64,000 bases of DNA from an uncultured Prochlorococcus sp. (GTDB lineage Bacteria; Cyanobacteriota; Cyanobacteriia; PCC-6307; Cyanobiaceae), in NCBI GenBank assembly GCA_902539115.1, contig CACBHP010000003.1:22694-86693 (forward strand), given 5' to 3'. Shown piece by piece: positions 20,138-32,190 of the stretch; within the stretch, counting starts at the first letter, position 1; every line of letters starts with the position of its first letter. The position numbers and the translations under genes were made by a program. A model generated the notes under the pieces. It saw nothing but the letters and a program-made list of their open reading frames with translations. It was not told the origin of the DNA and searched no databases.

Positions 20138-20989
20138 ATGACTCAAGTTTCAACATGGATAGATGAATATCATAAAGGCTCAAGATTCGGTCTAAATGGA
20201 GAAATTATAATAAAACAAAAATCAAAATATCAAGAAATTCTCGTTATTGAAAATGAATATTATGGCAGAGCTTTAATGCTAGATGGTTGTTGGATGACAT
20301 CATTAAAAGACGAGAAATATTATCATGAGTGTCTTGTGCATCCTGCATTAAGCAGAATTGACGAAAAATCTAATGTATTAATTATTGGTGGAGGAGACGG
20401 TGGTACTGCAAGAGAATGCGTTAAATATTCTCAAATATCAAAAATTGATCTGGTAGAGATTGATGAGGAGGTAATCAAAATATCTAAAAAATTTTTAAAA
20501 GAAATTGGAGGCTCAGCATGGAATGACAAAAGATTAAAGATTCACATTGATGATGGTGTCGAATGGGTAAAAAAAACAAGAGATAATTTTTACGACGTCA
20601 TATTTATAGATTGCTCAGATCCCTCAGAATTTTCAAATTTATTATTTTCAGATTCATTTTATAGAGAATGCAAAAGAATTCTTACAAAAAATGGTATCTT
20701 AGCAACGCAAAGCGAATCACCTGAATCCTTCAAAAATATTCACATAGGTATTTTGAAAACCTTGAAAAAAATCTTTAGAATCTCTGAAACTATGTATTCT
20801 TTTGTACCTATATATCCAAGCGGTATTTGGAGTTGGACATTCGCTTCTGAAAAAGTTCTAAATTTATCAAAGCAAAATTGTAATGAAGCACTGAAAATAG
20901 AAAAAAGTTGTGAAATTTGGAATTTAAATTTTCAAAATGCAGCATTCAAAATGATGCCAAATAAAATTGTAAAAGAACTCAATTCATAG
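20138..20989 (+). CDS. speE: spermidine synthase (polyamine aminopropyltransferase)
   Basis: YHECLVHP, VLIIGGGDGG, VEID and DCSDP. Confidence 0.93.
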   Translation: MTQVSTWIDEYHKGSRFGLNGEIIIKQKSKYQEILVIENEYYGRALMLDGCWMTSLKDEKYYHECLVHPALSRIDEKSNVLIIGGGDGGTARECVKYSQISKIDLVEIDEEVIKISKKFLKEIGGSAWNDKRLKIHIDDGVEWVKKTRDNFYDVIFIDCSDPSEFSNLLFSDSFYRECKRILTKNGILATQSESPESFKNIHIGILKTLKKIFRISETMYSFVPIYPSGIWSWTFASEKVLNLSKQNCNEALKIEKSCEIWNLNFQNAAFKMMPNKIVKELNS

Positions 20990-20990
20990 A

Positions 20991-21872
20991 ATGATAAAAA
21001 ATTTATTTGATATCGAAAATGCGATTTTTATGGGAGCAAAAAGAAGCCCTGATAATTGCGCAATTGGTATATTTGGAGTCAATTATGATGGGACATGTTC
21101 TTTCAAACCAGGAGCTAGATTTGGTCCTGAAGCGATAAGACAAGTCAGTTCTTGTTTAGAAACATATTGTCCAAAACTAAATAAAGACTTAGAGGATATT
21201 ATGTATGTTGATTTTGGGTCAATACTAATTGATAAAAATGACTCAAAATCCGTTATTGAATCAGTCAAATCAGCAACAAATTTTTTAATTAATAAACGCC
21301 TTAGTCCTATTATGATTGGAGGCGAACACTCTATTACCAGAGGTGCTATTGAAGCATTAGTAAAAAAATATCCTGATTTAGTATTGGTTCAACTTGATGC
21401 TCATGCAGATTTAAGAGAATCATATCTAGGAAATAAACATAGTCATGCTTGTGCCATGAAAAGATGCTTAGAGGTGCTACCTGAAAAGAAAATATTGCAA
21501 GTAGGAATAAGAAGCGGGACTAAAGAAGAATTTAAAATTATGCATAAAAACAATCAATTAGTTAACTTTTCTCCAAGCGGAAATACACAAGAGTTGAAGC
21601 AAGCTCTTCTACCATATTCTAAGTCTCCAATCTATTTAACAATAGATTTAGATTGGTTTGATCCCAGTTTATTAGCAGGTACGGGAACTCCAGAACCGGG
21701 AGGATTTTTTTGGAATGATTTTGAAGAAATCCTGAAAACGTTAAAAGACTTTAGAATTGTTGCTTCAGATATTGTGGAATTATCTCCAGAAATTGATAAA
21801 AGCGGAGTTAGTAGCATAGTTGCAGCAAAAGTACTTAGAAGCTTAATTTTGTCATTAGAAAATATGCAATAA
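20991..21872 (+). CDS. speB: agmatinase
   Basis: GGEHS, DAHADLR, DLDWFDP and GTGTPEPGG; follows speE. Confidence 0.92.
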   Translation: MIKNLFDIENAIFMGAKRSPDNCAIGIFGVNYDGTCSFKPGARFGPEAIRQVSSCLETYCPKLNKDLEDIMYVDFGSILIDKNDSKSVIESVKSATNFLINKRLSPIMIGGEHSITRGAIEALVKKYPDLVLVQLDAHADLRESYLGNKHSHACAMKRCLEVLPEKKILQVGIRSGTKEEFKIMHKNNQLVNFSPSGNTQELKQALLPYSKSPIYLTIDLDWFDPSLLAGTGTPEPGGFFWNDFEEILKTLKDFRIVASDIVELSPEIDKSGVSSIVAAKVLRSLILSLENMQ

Positions 21873-21922
21873 AAAATTTCTAAACTAAAGTGTAAAAATA
21901 CTTAGCACAAACAAAATATTTC

Positions 21923-23035
21923 ATGGATTTGCTTAAAAGTCCTCTCTATTCAAAATATGTTCAATCCAATGCAAAATTAGTGGATTTTGCAGGTTGGGAA
22001 ATGCCCATATCATTTTCAGGATTAATCAAAGAGCATGAATCAGTTAGATCTTCCGCAGGATTATTTGATATTTCTCACATGGGTGTAATCTCTATTAAGG
22101 GAATCAACCCAAAGGATTATATCCAAAACCTTTTTCCTACTAATTTATACTCCTTTTCTGAAGGCCAGGGGCTTTATACAGTAATGCTCAATGAAAAAGG
22201 GGGAATAATAGATGACTTGATAATTTATGACCTTGGTATACAAGAAAATGACATATCAGAATTATTGTTAATAGTTAATGCAAGTAGATATGAGGAAGAT
22301 TTTCAGTGGATAAAAAATAATCTAGATAAATATGAAATTTCGATAACAAACTTTAAAAAAGACAAAGTACTTTTAGCACTACAGGGAAAAAACTCATTCG
22401 ATTTATTTGAAGAATGGATTGAATCTTCGATCTCACATATCCCTAACTTTGGATGCGAATATAAAATTTTTGAACATATTTCGCCTAAAGAAAAAATTTT
22501 CTTTTCAAAGACAGGGTATACGGGAGAAAATGGTCTAGAAATACTTTTATCTAAAAAAGCAGCAATTAATTTATGGGATTTCTCAATTTCCAAAAATGTT
22601 GCACCGTGTGGTTTAGGAGCTAGAGATACTCTTAGACTTGAAGCCGGCATGCATCTTTATGGTCAAGACATAAATGAAGAAACTTCTCCATATGAAGCAG
22701 GCTTAGGCTGGCTAGTACATCTAGAAAATAATCACGAATTCTTTGGAAGAAGATTTCTTGAAGAGCAGTCAAGATTAGGTATTCAAAAAAAGTTAGTTGG
22801 TCTCTCTATAAAAGGTAAAGCAATAGGAAGAAAAGGTTGCGCAGTTCTTAAAGGTGAAGAAAATATTGGGACTATCACAAGCGGCAGTTGGTCTCCAACT
22901 AAACAACAAGCTATAGCTTTTGCATACATCAATACTTCACATGCCTTAATAAATAATGAAGTTCAAATATTAATAAGAGGCAAAAAATTTAAAGGGGTAA
23001 TAACAAAGAGAGCATTTTATAAAAAAAATTATTAA
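21923..23035 (+). CDS. gcvT: glycine cleavage T protein (aminomethyltransferase)
   Basis: [21 protein letters not shown] and [13 protein letters not shown]. Confidence 0.96.
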   Translation: MDLLKSPLYSKYVQSNAKLVDFAGWEMPISFSGLIKEHESVRSSAGLFDISHMGVISIKGINPKDYIQNLFPTNLYSFSEGQGLYTVMLNEKGGIIDDLIIYDLGIQENDISELLLIVNASRYEEDFQWIKNNLDKYEISITNFKKDKVLLALQGKNSFDLFEEWIESSISHIPNFGCEYKIFEHISPKEKIFFSKTGYTGENGLEILLSKKAAINLWDFSISKNVAPCGLGARDTLRLEAGMHLYGQDINEETSPYEAGLGWLVHLENNHEFFGRRFLEEQSRLGIQKKLVGLSIKGKAIGRKGCAVLKGEENIGTITSGSWSPTKQQAIAFAYINTSHALINNEVQILIRGKKFKGVITKRAFYKKNY

Positions 23036-23090
23036 CTAAATTTACCCTTAAAGAATTATTATAAGTTATTGATAAATAAATCATACTTAG

Positions 23091-24887
23091 ATGAGAAACA
23101 AAATTTGCAAAGAACTCAATAATACAGATATTGGTAAATTAGTTAATTTATGCGGATGGGTAGATAGAAGAAGAGATCATGGTGGTGTAATTTTTATTGA
23201 TTTAAGAGACCATAGTGGATTTCTACAAATAACAATTAACCCCGATGATGGTGCAGATCTATTTAAACAGGCAGAAACTCTAAGAAATGAAACAGTAATA
23301 ATGGTTAGCGGAATTATTAATGAAAGGCCCAAAGATTCCATAAATGCAAATTTAAGTACTGGAGAGCTAGAGCTTAAGGTTAAAGATTTGCGAGTTCTCA
23401 ACCAAATTAAAAACAACTTACCTTTTCCAGTGTCTATACATGATTATGAAAATACAAAAGAGGAACTCAGATTAAAATATAGATACCTTGATTTAAGAAG
23501 GGGAAAATTACTAGAAAATTTAAAAACAAGACATAAGATTATTAAAGTTGCTAGAGAATTTCTTGATAATTTTGGATTTACAGAAGTAGAGACCCCGTTA
23601 CTTACAAAGTCAACTCCTGAAGGAGCTCGCGATTTTCTTGTTCCTGCACGTCTTGCAAATGGAGAATTTTTTGCTTTACCTCAATCCCCACAACTATTTA
23701 AACAACTTTTAATGGTTGGGGGCTTAGATAAGTATTATCAAATCGCAAAATGTTTCCGTGATGAAGACTTAAGGGCAGATAGACAGCCAGAGTTTACTCA
23801 ATTAGATATTGAGATGAGCTTTATTAGTGAAGAAGAAATAATTTCTTTTAATGAAAGTCTCATAAAAAAAATATGGAAAGAAGTGTTAAATATTAATTTT
23901 AATAATGCTTTTCCAAGAATGTCATGGCAGGCAGCAATGGATAATTACGGCACTGATAGACCAGATACTAGATATCAAATGTTATTAAAAGATTTAGGAG
24001 AAGTATTAGGTGATATTGGATTTAATATTTTCACCAAGGCAATTAAGTCTGGAGGTTATATAAAATCCATAACAGTCAAAGGAGGCAATTCAAGTATTAG
24101 CAACGTAAGAATTAAACCAGGAGGTGACATCTTCCAAGTAGCTCAAGATGCAGGGGCTGGTGGTTTGGCCTTTATAAGGGTCAAAGGAGATGAGCTTGAG
24201 ACTATTGGGGCAATTAAAAATAATTTAAGCGAAGAGCATATAGCTGATATTTTAAAAATCACAGAAGCAAAAGATGGAGACTTAATCCTCTTAGGAGCTG
24301 GAGATAAACAAATTGTCAATCAGTCATTAGATAGGGTTAGACAATATATCGCAAAAGACTTAAATCTTATTGATAAAAGTAAATGGAATTTCTTATGGGT
24401 AACTGACTTCCCGATGTTTGAGAGAAATGAAGATGAAAATAGATATGAAGCTTTACATCATCCTTTTTGTTCTCCAAAAAATATAAGATTTAAAGATTCT
24501 GAAAACTTGAAAAAAGAAATTGTGAGCTCTACAGCAAATGCTTATGACTTAGTTCTCAATGGATTGGAGTTAGGAGGTGGCTCTTTACGAATACATGAAG
24601 CGAACTTACAAAGAGTGGTTCTGAAAACAGTTGGACTTACTGATAAAGAGATTGATGAAAAATTTGGATTTTTAATAGAAGCCTTAGAAATGGGTGCTCC
24701 TCCTCATGGTGGAATAGCGTTTGGATTGGATCGTATTACCATGCTGATCATTGGTGCAGATTCAATCAGAGAAACCATTGCTTTTCCAAAAAATCAACAA
24801 GCAAAATGTCTTCTCACAAATGCACCTTCAAATGTCTCTGAATCACAATTAAAAGAATTAAATATTGAAATAACAATTGATGAATAA
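23091..24887 (+). CDS. aspS: aspartate--tRNA ligase
   Basis: [31 protein letters not shown] and [12 protein letters not shown]. Confidence 0.98.
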   Translation: MRNKICKELNNTDIGKLVNLCGWVDRRRDHGGVIFIDLRDHSGFLQITINPDDGADLFKQAETLRNETVIMVSGIINERPKDSINANLSTGELELKVKDLRVLNQIKNNLPFPVSIHDYENTKEELRLKYRYLDLRRGKLLENLKTRHKIIKVAREFLDNFGFTEVETPLLTKSTPEGARDFLVPARLANGEFFALPQSPQLFKQLLMVGGLDKYYQIAKCFRDEDLRADRQPEFTQLDIEMSFISEEEIISFNESLIKKIWKEVLNINFNNAFPRMSWQAAMDNYGTDRPDTRYQMLLKDLGEVLGDIGFNIFTKAIKSGGYIKSITVKGGNSSISNVRIKPGGDIFQVAQDAGAGGLAFIRVKGDELETIGAIKNNLSEEHIADILKITEAKDGDLILLGAGDKQIVNQSLDRVRQYIAKDLNLIDKSKWNFLWVTDFPMFERNEDENRYEALHHPFCSPKNIRFKDSENLKKEIVSSTANAYDLVLNGLELGGGSLRIHEANLQRVVLKTVGLTDKEIDEKFGFLIEALEMGAPPHGGIAFGLDRITMLIIGADSIRETIAFPKNQQAKCLLTNAPSNVSESQLKELNIEITIDE

Positions 24888-24962
24888 GAATAAATATGGA
24901 TGTTCTAAAAATTTTTTGTTTAAATAAAATATAAGGAGGCTGTGCTTAATTAAAAATATTTA

Positions 24963-26573
24963 ATGTCAAAATTTGTATTTGTCACCGGAGGAGTAGTTTC
25001 TAGCATTGGTAAAGGAATTGTAGCTGCAAGCTTAGGAAGATTATTAAAGTCTAGAGGATATAGTGTTTCAATATTAAAACTAGATCCATATCTAAATGTT
25101 GATCCAGGAACAATGAGCCCTTTCCAACATGGAGAAGTATTTGTGACCGAAGATGGGGCTGAAACCGATCTAGATTTAGGTCACTATGAAAGATTTACTG
25201 ATACTGCGATGACTAGGTTAAATAGTGTGACTACGGGATCTATCTATCAAGCAGTTATCAATAAAGAAAGAAGAGGTAGTTATGACGGAGGAACTGTGCA
25301 AGTAATACCTCACATAACGGGAGAAATAAGAGAAAGAATACATAGAGTAGCCGCCAACAGTAATGCTGATATTATAATTACTGAAATTGGTGGAACAGTT
25401 GGTGATATTGAATCTCTACCTTTTTTAGAGGCAATAAGAGAATTCAAAAATGATGTCAATAGGAACGATGTTGCATACATACACGTAACATTACTTCCTT
25501 ACATCAAAACCTCTGGCGAAATAAAAACTAAACCAACACAACATTCAGTCAAAGAATTAAGATCAATTGGAATTCAGCCAGATTTACTTGTATGCCGAAG
25601 TGATAAATCTATCAATGAAGCTCTTAAAAAGAAGCTTAGTGGTTTTTGCGGTGTCAGTATCAACTCTGTAATTGAAGCTTTAGACGCAGACAGTATTTAT
25701 TCTGTACCTCTTTCATTAAAAAAAGAAGGTTTATGCAAAGAAACACTGAAGTATTTAGACCTTGAAGATAAAAAATGTGATTTGAAAAATTGGGAGCAAC
25801 TTATACACAACTTAAGAAATCCTGGAGCTCCAATCAAAGTTGCTTTAGTAGGTAAATACATTGAACTTGGAGATGCATATTTATCCGTTGTTGAAGCTTT
25901 AAGACATGCATGCATTGAACAAAAGGCTTTATTAGATTTAAATTGGGTTAGTGCTGAAATGATAGAAAAAAATTCAGCAGAAACTTACTTAAATAAAGTT
26001 GATGCAATTGTGGTACCAGGGGGATTTGGCAATAGAGGAGTCAATGGAAAAATTTCGGCTATAAAATTCGCAAGAGAAAATAAAATTCCCTTTTTAGGTT
26101 TGTGCCTTGGTATGCAATGTGCAGTTATAGAATGGGCCAGGAATGTAGCTAATCTTCCAGATGCATCAAGTTCAGAACTAGACCCAAACACTCCCAATCC
26201 AGTGATACATTTATTACCAGAACAGGAAGATGTAGTTGATTTAGGTGGGACAATGAGACTTGGAGTTTATCCATGTAGATTGACCAAAAATACAACTGGA
26301 AAAAACTTATATAATGAGGATGTTATTTATGAGAGACATCGACATAGATACGAATTTAATAATTACTACAAACAAAGTTTTTTAGATTCTGGATACAAAA
26401 TTAGTGGTACATCACCAGATGGCAGATTAGTTGAGTTAATTGAGTTAGAAAGTCATCCATACTTCTTAGCATGTCAATATCATCCTGAGTTTTTATCACG
26501 ACCCGGCAAACCACATCCTTTATTTAAAGGTTTAATAAAAGCCTCTCAAGATAAGTTAACTCAATCAAATTAA
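24963..26573 (+). CDS. pyrG: CTP synthase
   Basis: [19 protein letters not shown] and QYHPEF. Confidence 0.98.
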   Translation: MSKFVFVTGGVVSSIGKGIVAASLGRLLKSRGYSVSILKLDPYLNVDPGTMSPFQHGEVFVTEDGAETDLDLGHYERFTDTAMTRLNSVTTGSIYQAVINKERRGSYDGGTVQVIPHITGEIRERIHRVAANSNADIIITEIGGTVGDIESLPFLEAIREFKNDVNRNDVAYIHVTLLPYIKTSGEIKTKPTQHSVKELRSIGIQPDLLVCRSDKSINEALKKKLSGFCGVSINSVIEALDADSIYSVPLSLKKEGLCKETLKYLDLEDKKCDLKNWEQLIHNLRNPGAPIKVALVGKYIELGDAYLSVVEALRHACIEQKALLDLNWVSAEMIEKNSAETYLNKVDAIVVPGGFGNRGVNGKISAIKFARENKIPFLGLCLGMQCAVIEWARNVANLPDASSSELDPNTPNPVIHLLPEQEDVVDLGGTMRLGVYPCRLTKNTTGKNLYNEDVIYERHRHRYEFNNYYKQSFLDSGYKISGTSPDGRLVELIELESHPYFLACQYHPEFLSRPGKPHPLFKGLIKASQDKLTQSN

Positions 26574-26591
26574 TATTCTTTATTTTTTTGA

Positions 26592-27269
26592 ATGAAAATG
26601 ACAAATTTTTTACCCTTGGTCGAACAATTTCATTCATTACAAGGTGAAGGTTATCACGCTGGAAAAAGTGCTTTTTTTGTAAGATTAGCGGGATGTAAAG
26701 TTGGATGTTCGTGGTGCGATACCAAGAATTCATGGGACGAGAAAAAACACCCTTCTATATCAATTGAAAAAATCATAGATCGAATAAAAATTGCCAGAGA
26801 AAAAGGAGCATCTTTTTGCGTTATCACAGGTGGAGAGCCTTTACAACATAACTTGGATAATTTTTGCAAAGCCATAAAAAAAATGACGATGGGAGAAGAA
26901 CAAAAGCCAATGAAAATTCATATTGAGACAAGTGGAGTTAATTCGATATCAGGAAGCTATGACTGGATTACTTTATCTCCTAAAAGACACTCACCTCCAA
27001 AAAATTATTTTTTAAAAAACTGTAACGAAATCAAAATAATCATAAATGAAATAGAAGATATTGAATTTGCTATTCAGATACAAAAAGAAACTTTAAAACA
27101 ATATCAACTCTCTAAAAGCGAAGATGGCTTAAAAAAAGAAGATAAAATTTTTTATTTACAGCCAGCATGGAACAATTCGAATGGTTTTTCTCTTGCTATT
27201 GATTTCGTAAAAAATAATCCAGATTGGAAATTGAGCCTTCAAACTCACAAATACTTAAAAATTAATTGA
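26592..27269 (+). CDS. queE: 7-carboxy-7-deazaguanine synthase (radical SAM)
   Basis: FHSLQGEG, CKVGCSWC (CX3CX2C), ITGGEP and LSLQTHK. Confidence 0.93.
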   Translation: MKMTNFLPLVEQFHSLQGEGYHAGKSAFFVRLAGCKVGCSWCDTKNSWDEKKHPSISIEKIIDRIKIAREKGASFCVITGGEPLQHNLDNFCKAIKKMTMGEEQKPMKIHIETSGVNSISGSYDWITLSPKRHSPPKNYFLKNCNEIKIIINEIEDIEFAIQIQKETLKQYQLSKSEDGLKKEDKIFYLQPAWNNSNGFSLAIDFVKNNPDWKLSLQTHKYLKIN

Positions 27270-27275
27270 TATTAT

Positions 27276-27950
27276 ATGACTCTTAAAAATAAATCGATAG
27301 TAGTTTTATTATCTGGAGGTTTAGATTCTTCTACGGTTACTGGTATCGCAAAAAAATCCGAAGCTAAAATTTTTGGCCTTTCATTTGACTACGGTCAACG
27401 TCATAAAAAAGAATTAAATTCTGCATCAATAATTGCAAAACACTTTGATATCGAAGAATTTAAAATTATTAAGCTTGACTTATCTTTATGGGGAGGCTCG
27501 TCATTAACTGATACTCAAAAAAATATTCCGAAAGAAGGAGTACAAACTGATAAAATTCCTAATACTTATGTTCCTGGGAGAAATACTATATTTATTTCCG
27601 TTGCACTAAGTTATGCCGAAGCAATAGATGCTGATTTTATAGGATTAGGAGTTAACGCACTAGATTATTCTGGTTATCCAGATTGCAGACCTGACTACAT
27701 TAAAAAATTTCAAGAATTAGCAGATTTAGCCAATAAAAGAGGAAGAGAAAATAATCCAATAAAACTTTGGACGCCACTAATAGATTTAAATAAAGAGGAA
27801 ATTATTAAATTAGCTTTTGCTAATCATGTGCCTTTAGATAAAACATGGAGTTGTTATTCGGGTAATTCAAAACCATGCGGTAAGTGTGATAGCTGCAGAA
27901 TTAGAAATGCCGCTTATGAAAAATGGCTCAATAAAAATAATCAAAAATGA
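27276..27950 (+). CDS. queC: 7-cyano-7-deazaguanine synthase
   Basis: LSGGLDS, YVPGRN, GYPDCR and CGKCDSC. Confidence 0.96.
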   Translation: MTLKNKSIVVLLSGGLDSSTVTGIAKKSEAKIFGLSFDYGQRHKKELNSASIIAKHFDIEEFKIIKLDLSLWGGSSLTDTQKNIPKEGVQTDKIPNTYVPGRNTIFISVALSYAEAIDADFIGLGVNALDYSGYPDCRPDYIKKFQELADLANKRGRENNPIKLWTPLIDLNKEEIIKLAFANHVPLDKTWSCYSGNSKPCGKCDSCRIRNAAYEKWLNKNNQK

Positions 27951-29263
27951 AAATAAAAAAAATAATTCTAGAAAAATGGATAGATCCAGCACTTATTACG
28001 CATGATCTAACAAAAAAATTCGGAGATAAAGGATTAGCTTGGCTAGACAGTGATGGCAAAGAAAATGGGAAATGGTCAATAATAGGAATTAAACCTAAAA
28101 AAATAATCCAATCAAGAGATATCAATAACTTAGACAAAACTAATAATCCATTTGATAATTTAAAAAATATTGAAAAAGGATTTTGGATCGGATGGTTAAG
28201 TTATGAAGCTGGAGTTTTCATAGAACCAAAAAACCCATGGAGAAAATCTAATATGGCAACTTTATGGATTGCATCATATGATCCAATCATTAAATGTAAT
28301 CTAATAAAAAAAGAAATAATTATCGAAGGCACAAACTCATCTGAACTAATAAATTATAAAAACATAATCAATAATATAAAAAATATTGAAGAAGAAAATA
28401 TTATTAAAACAAATTTAAATTTTGATTTTTCAAAAATAAATTTGGACAAAATGGCTGAAAAATTTCAGAAAAATATTTTAAAATTGAAAAAATTAATTTC
28501 CCTAGGGGATATATTTCAAGCAAACCTAACAACTAAATGCGAAATTGAATCTTCCAAAAACTATAATCCTCTAGATATTTATTTGAAAATAAGAAGGAAA
28601 TTAAGAGCTCCCTTTGGAGGAATTATAATAAATAATGATAATCATAAAGAGGCTGTATTATCTACCTCGCCAGAAAGATTTATAAAAATAGATAATAAAA
28701 ATTTTGTAGAATCAAGACCTATCAAAGGAACTAGATCCAGAGATAAAGATTTAAATCAAGACGCACTTAATGCTATCGATTTAATAACGAACGAAAAAGA
28801 TAGAGCGGAAAATATTATGATTGTTGACCTAATAAGAAATGATTTAAGTAAAGTTTGCGAAACAGGAAGTATCATGGTGCCAGAAATATTAAAACTTGAA
28901 AGTTTCTTAAAAGTTCATCATCTAACTTCAGTAATAAGAGGCAAATTAAAAAAAGACAAGAACTGGATTGATTTACTAAAAGCTTGTTGGCCAGGGGGCT
29001 CTATAACTGGAGCACCTAAATTAAGATCATGCCAAAGACTTTTTGAATTAGAAGAATGTGAACGCGGACCATACTGTGGCTCATTTTTGAAGCTTGACTG
29101 GAATGGAGAGTTTGACAGCAATATACTAATAAGATCATTTTTAATTAAGGACAAAAAAATCAATATATATGCTGGTTGCGGAATAGTTATTGACTCAAAC
29201 CCTGAAGAGGAAACTAATGAACTAAAGTGGAAACTTTTACCATTAATTGATGCACTAAAATGA
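27947..29263 (+). CDS. pabB: aminodeoxychorismate synthase component I (chorismate-binding family)
   Basis: SPERF, PIKGT, ENIMIVDLIRNDL and PGGSITGAPK. Confidence 0.85.
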   Translation: MKIKKIILEKWIDPALITHDLTKKFGDKGLAWLDSDGKENGKWSIIGIKPKKIIQSRDINNLDKTNNPFDNLKNIEKGFWIGWLSYEAGVFIEPKNPWRKSNMATLWIASYDPIIKCNLIKKEIIIEGTNSSELINYKNIINNIKNIEEENIIKTNLNFDFSKINLDKMAEKFQKNILKLKKLISLGDIFQANLTTKCEIESSKNYNPLDIYLKIRRKLRAPFGGIIINNDNHKEAVLSTSPERFIKIDNKNFVESRPIKGTRSRDKDLNQDALNAIDLITNEKDRAENIMIVDLIRNDLSKVCETGSIMVPEILKLESFLKVHHLTSVIRGKLKKDKNWIDLLKACWPGGSITGAPKLRSCQRLFELEECERGPYCGSFLKLDWNGEFDSNILIRSFLIKDKKINIYAGCGIVIDSNPEEETNELKWKLLPLIDALK

Positions 29264-30087
29264 TTGAAACAATAGGCTGGCACAAGGATCAATGGTTAGA
29301 TATTAATAGAATATTTATTGCTGCAAATAATAGAGGATTAAAATTTGCTGATGGTATATTTGAAACCATTTTGATAAAAGAAAACAAACCTATTCTTTTT
29401 GATGAACATCTGAAAAGATTAGAAAAAAGTAGCAAGATTTTAAATATTAATCTCAAAATAAATAAATTAACTTTGAGACAACTTATTCACAATGGAATTA
29501 AAAAGTTATCACTTAAAAATGATCAATTTGCTTCAGTAAGAATAAACTATAGTCGAGGAACTAATGAAGGTCGAACACTAATAATTGATAGCACTTCAGA
29601 GACAAAAGATTTGGATAATTTATGGCTTGAGTTCTATAGAATCAAACCAAACTTTAATCCGATAAGCGTTTGTATTAGTCAAACGGAAAAAATAAATGAA
29701 TTCAGTCTTATAAGTAAATGCAAAACATTTTCATATAATCAGGCAATACAAGTTTTGACAGAAGCTAATAAAAAATCATTTAATGATTCTATCCTTTTGA
29801 ATACGTCAGGTGAACTTTGTTGTGGAAGTACATTTAATCTTCTAATTAAAAGAAATAATCAATGGATAACTCCTAGAAAAGAGAGCGGCTGTTTAGAGGG
29901 GATTATGGTTTCTAAAGCTTTAAAATTGAAAATTGTAAAAGAAGAATTAATTCCTCCAGAATTTCAAAATGATGACATAGTAGTTGCAATTAATAGCTTA
30001 TCTTGCAGACAAATTAATCAAGTTAATGATTTAAAGCTTAAAACTAAATTCGATCCAATTTACTTTTGGGATTTATTATATAGTTGA
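29260..30087 (+). CDS. pabC: class IV aminotransferase, probable aminodeoxychorismate lyase
   Basis: RGLKFADGIFET, HLKRL and CLEGI; overlaps the pabB stop. Confidence 0.75.
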   Translation: MIETIGWHKDQWLDINRIFIAANNRGLKFADGIFETILIKENKPILFDEHLKRLEKSSKILNINLKINKLTLRQLIHNGIKKLSLKNDQFASVRINYSRGTNEGRTLIIDSTSETKDLDNLWLEFYRIKPNFNPISVCISQTEKINEFSLISKCKTFSYNQAIQVLTEANKKSFNDSILLNTSGELCCGSTFNLLIKRNNQWITPRKESGCLEGIMVSKALKLKIVKEELIPPEFQNDDIVVAINSLSCRQINQVNDLKLKTKFDPIYFWDLLYS

Positions 30088-30881
30088 ACTTTATTAATAT
30101 CTGGTAAATAAACATCAGATACTTTAGTTATATTGTTATTAACCTTAAATTCAACAATTTTTCCAATAATGATAATTGATGGAGCTAAAAATTCTTTATC
30201 TTTGATTTTATATGGAAGATTATCTAATTTCTCTATCAAACATTTTTGATTTTTTAAAGTAGCTTCTTGAATAACAGCGCATTTAGTACTCTTATCTAAA
30301 CCACCTAGAATTAATTCTTCCACAATAAATTCAATATTTTTTATACCCATAAAAATTACTAAGCTATCTGATGATTTAGCTAAATCTCTCCAATTCACTG
30401 CCTTTTTTTCCTTATCTACACGCTCATGTCCAGTGACAAAAGTTACGGAACTCGCAGCATCTCTATGGGTTAGTGGAATACCAAAATATGTGGGGGCAGC
30501 TATCCCAGAAGTAATACCAGGAACAATTTCAACTGAAATTCCATTTTTTTCTAAAATCGATACCTCTTCACCACCTCTAGAAAAAACGAATGGATCTCCC
30601 CCTTTAAGCCTTACGACATTTTTGCCTTCTTTTGCTAATTTCAAAATAAGATCATTAGTTTCAGCCTGAGGTACAGAACACTTCCCAGCTCTTTTGCCTA
30701 CATGGAAAATTTCTGTATTTTTTCCTGCCTCTTTTGTTATTTCATCTGGGATTAAAGCATCATGAACTAATGCATCACAATTTTTTATGAGGCGTAAAGC
30801 TTTAAGAGTCAAAAGCTCAGGGTCACCAGGACCTGCTCCAACAAAATAAACAATCCCGGGCACAATAATCTCCATTAACAA
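30060..30881 (-). CDS. cobA: uroporphyrinogen-III C-methyltransferase (likely start GTG about 30863)
   Basis: VGAGPGDPELLTLKA, RLKGGDPFVFSRGGEE and VPGITS. Confidence 0.93.
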   Translation of the reverse strand: MLMEIIVPGIVYFVGAGPGDPELLTLKALRLIKNCDALVHDALIPDEITKEAGKNTEIFHVGKRAGKCSVPQAETNDLILKLAKEGKNVVRLKGGDPFVFSRGGEEVSILEKNGISVEIVPGITSGIAAPTYFGIPLTHRDAASSVTFVTGHERVDKEKKAVNWRDLAKSSDSLVIFMGIKNIEFIVEELILGGLDKSTKCAVIQEATLKNQKCLIEKLDNLPYKIKDKEFLAPSIIIIGKIVEFKVNNNITKVSDVYLPDINKVQLYNKSQK

Positions 30882-30905
30882 GTATGGTAGTAAAAGTTAA
30901 TTGCA

Positions 30906-32190
30906 ATGAAGGTAAATATTGTGAAAGAAAGTTTATTAAAACCAGATAAAAAATTTACTCTTCTTAGTGCGTTTATCACTCTTTTAAATGATCGTTTAAG
31001 TGAAAGTATACTGCTACCCATATTACCCTCTTTTGTTTTACTTTTTGACTCTAAAGCAAGTACATATGGTTTATTATCGTGCACTTACCAATTAGCTCAA
31101 TTTACAGCTTCTCCTTTTATAGGACTTATGAGTGATAGATATGGAAGAAGACCTGTGACTCTTTTTTGTATTACTGGTTCAGTAATAGGAATATCAATAT
31201 TATCTTTTACAGTTCTTTTTAATTGGTCAAATTCAATAGCCACTATTCCGTTATTTTTATTATTTTTAGCGAGACTTATTGACGGTTTAAGTGGGGGGAC
31301 TGCAGCTACTGCAACAACAATTCTTGCAGATATTTCAAGCCCTGAAAAAAGAGCAAAAACATTTGGTCTTATTGGTGTAGCTTTTGGTTTAAGTTTTTTC
31401 TTAGGTAATATTTTTGTTGTAATTTTTGCAAGAAATACAAATAATAATTTTATTATTCCAGTTTTGATAGCCTCAATCATTCCAATAATAAATTTTCTCC
31501 TTGTATTTTTTTACTTACCAGAAACCAAGCCTAATAGTGAAATAAATAAATCAAAAACTGCTTTAAAAAACCCTTTAAAAGCTCTATTTACAGTTTTCAA
31601 AGAAGAAAAGATTAAAAAATTATCATTAGCTTTTTTTTATTTACTTTATTGCTTTTACTGGATTGACTAATATACTTATATTTTTCCTCCAAGAATCTTT
31701 AAACTGGACGACCAAAGCATCAAGCGGAACTCTTGTTGTAGTAGGAATCATTGCGATTATCGTTCAGGGAGGATTAATTGGGCCTCTGGTAAAGCAATTT
31801 GGCGAAATGCGATTAACACTTATCGGATCAGGATTTATTCTTGTGGCGTGTGCTCTTTTAATAACTGCTCCAAAAGAAAATGCGACAATTAATATTTATT
31901 CAGCTGTTTCATTTTTAGCCGTTGGGGCAGGATTAATTACGCCCACCTTAAGAGCACTAATATCAAAGAAATTAGACGTTGATAAACAAGGCTCAATTCT
32001 AAGTAACCTTCAGGGTCTGCAAAGTCTTGGAGGGGTTTTAGGAATTGCAATGGCCGGAAGGGTTTATGATAGTTTTGGCCCTAAATCACCTTTTATAGCT
32101 GGTTCCGTTATCTTACTTTTCATGATATACCTTATTGCAGAGGGTAAAAATAATAATTCTTTTAGCAATCAAAATTCAAAAGTATCTTAA
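30906..32190 (+). CDS. MFS transporter (TetA/DHA1-like), split by a +1 frameshift in a T8 run
   Basis: Motif A GLMSDRYGRRPV. The two track ORFs join into one protein of about 427 aa if one T is removed at 31631-31638. Confidence 0.85.

Noticed and set aside
21873-21922. Glycine riboswitch upstream of gcvT (or gcvH/gcvP)
   Set aside because: The spacers are 50 bp or less and AT-rich, with no aptamer motifs.
24933-24962. AAGGAGG upstream of pyrG suggesting a leader peptide
   Set aside because: It is too far from the pyrG ATG and only 2 nt from a GTG that opens a 3-codon ORF. No attenuator structure seen.
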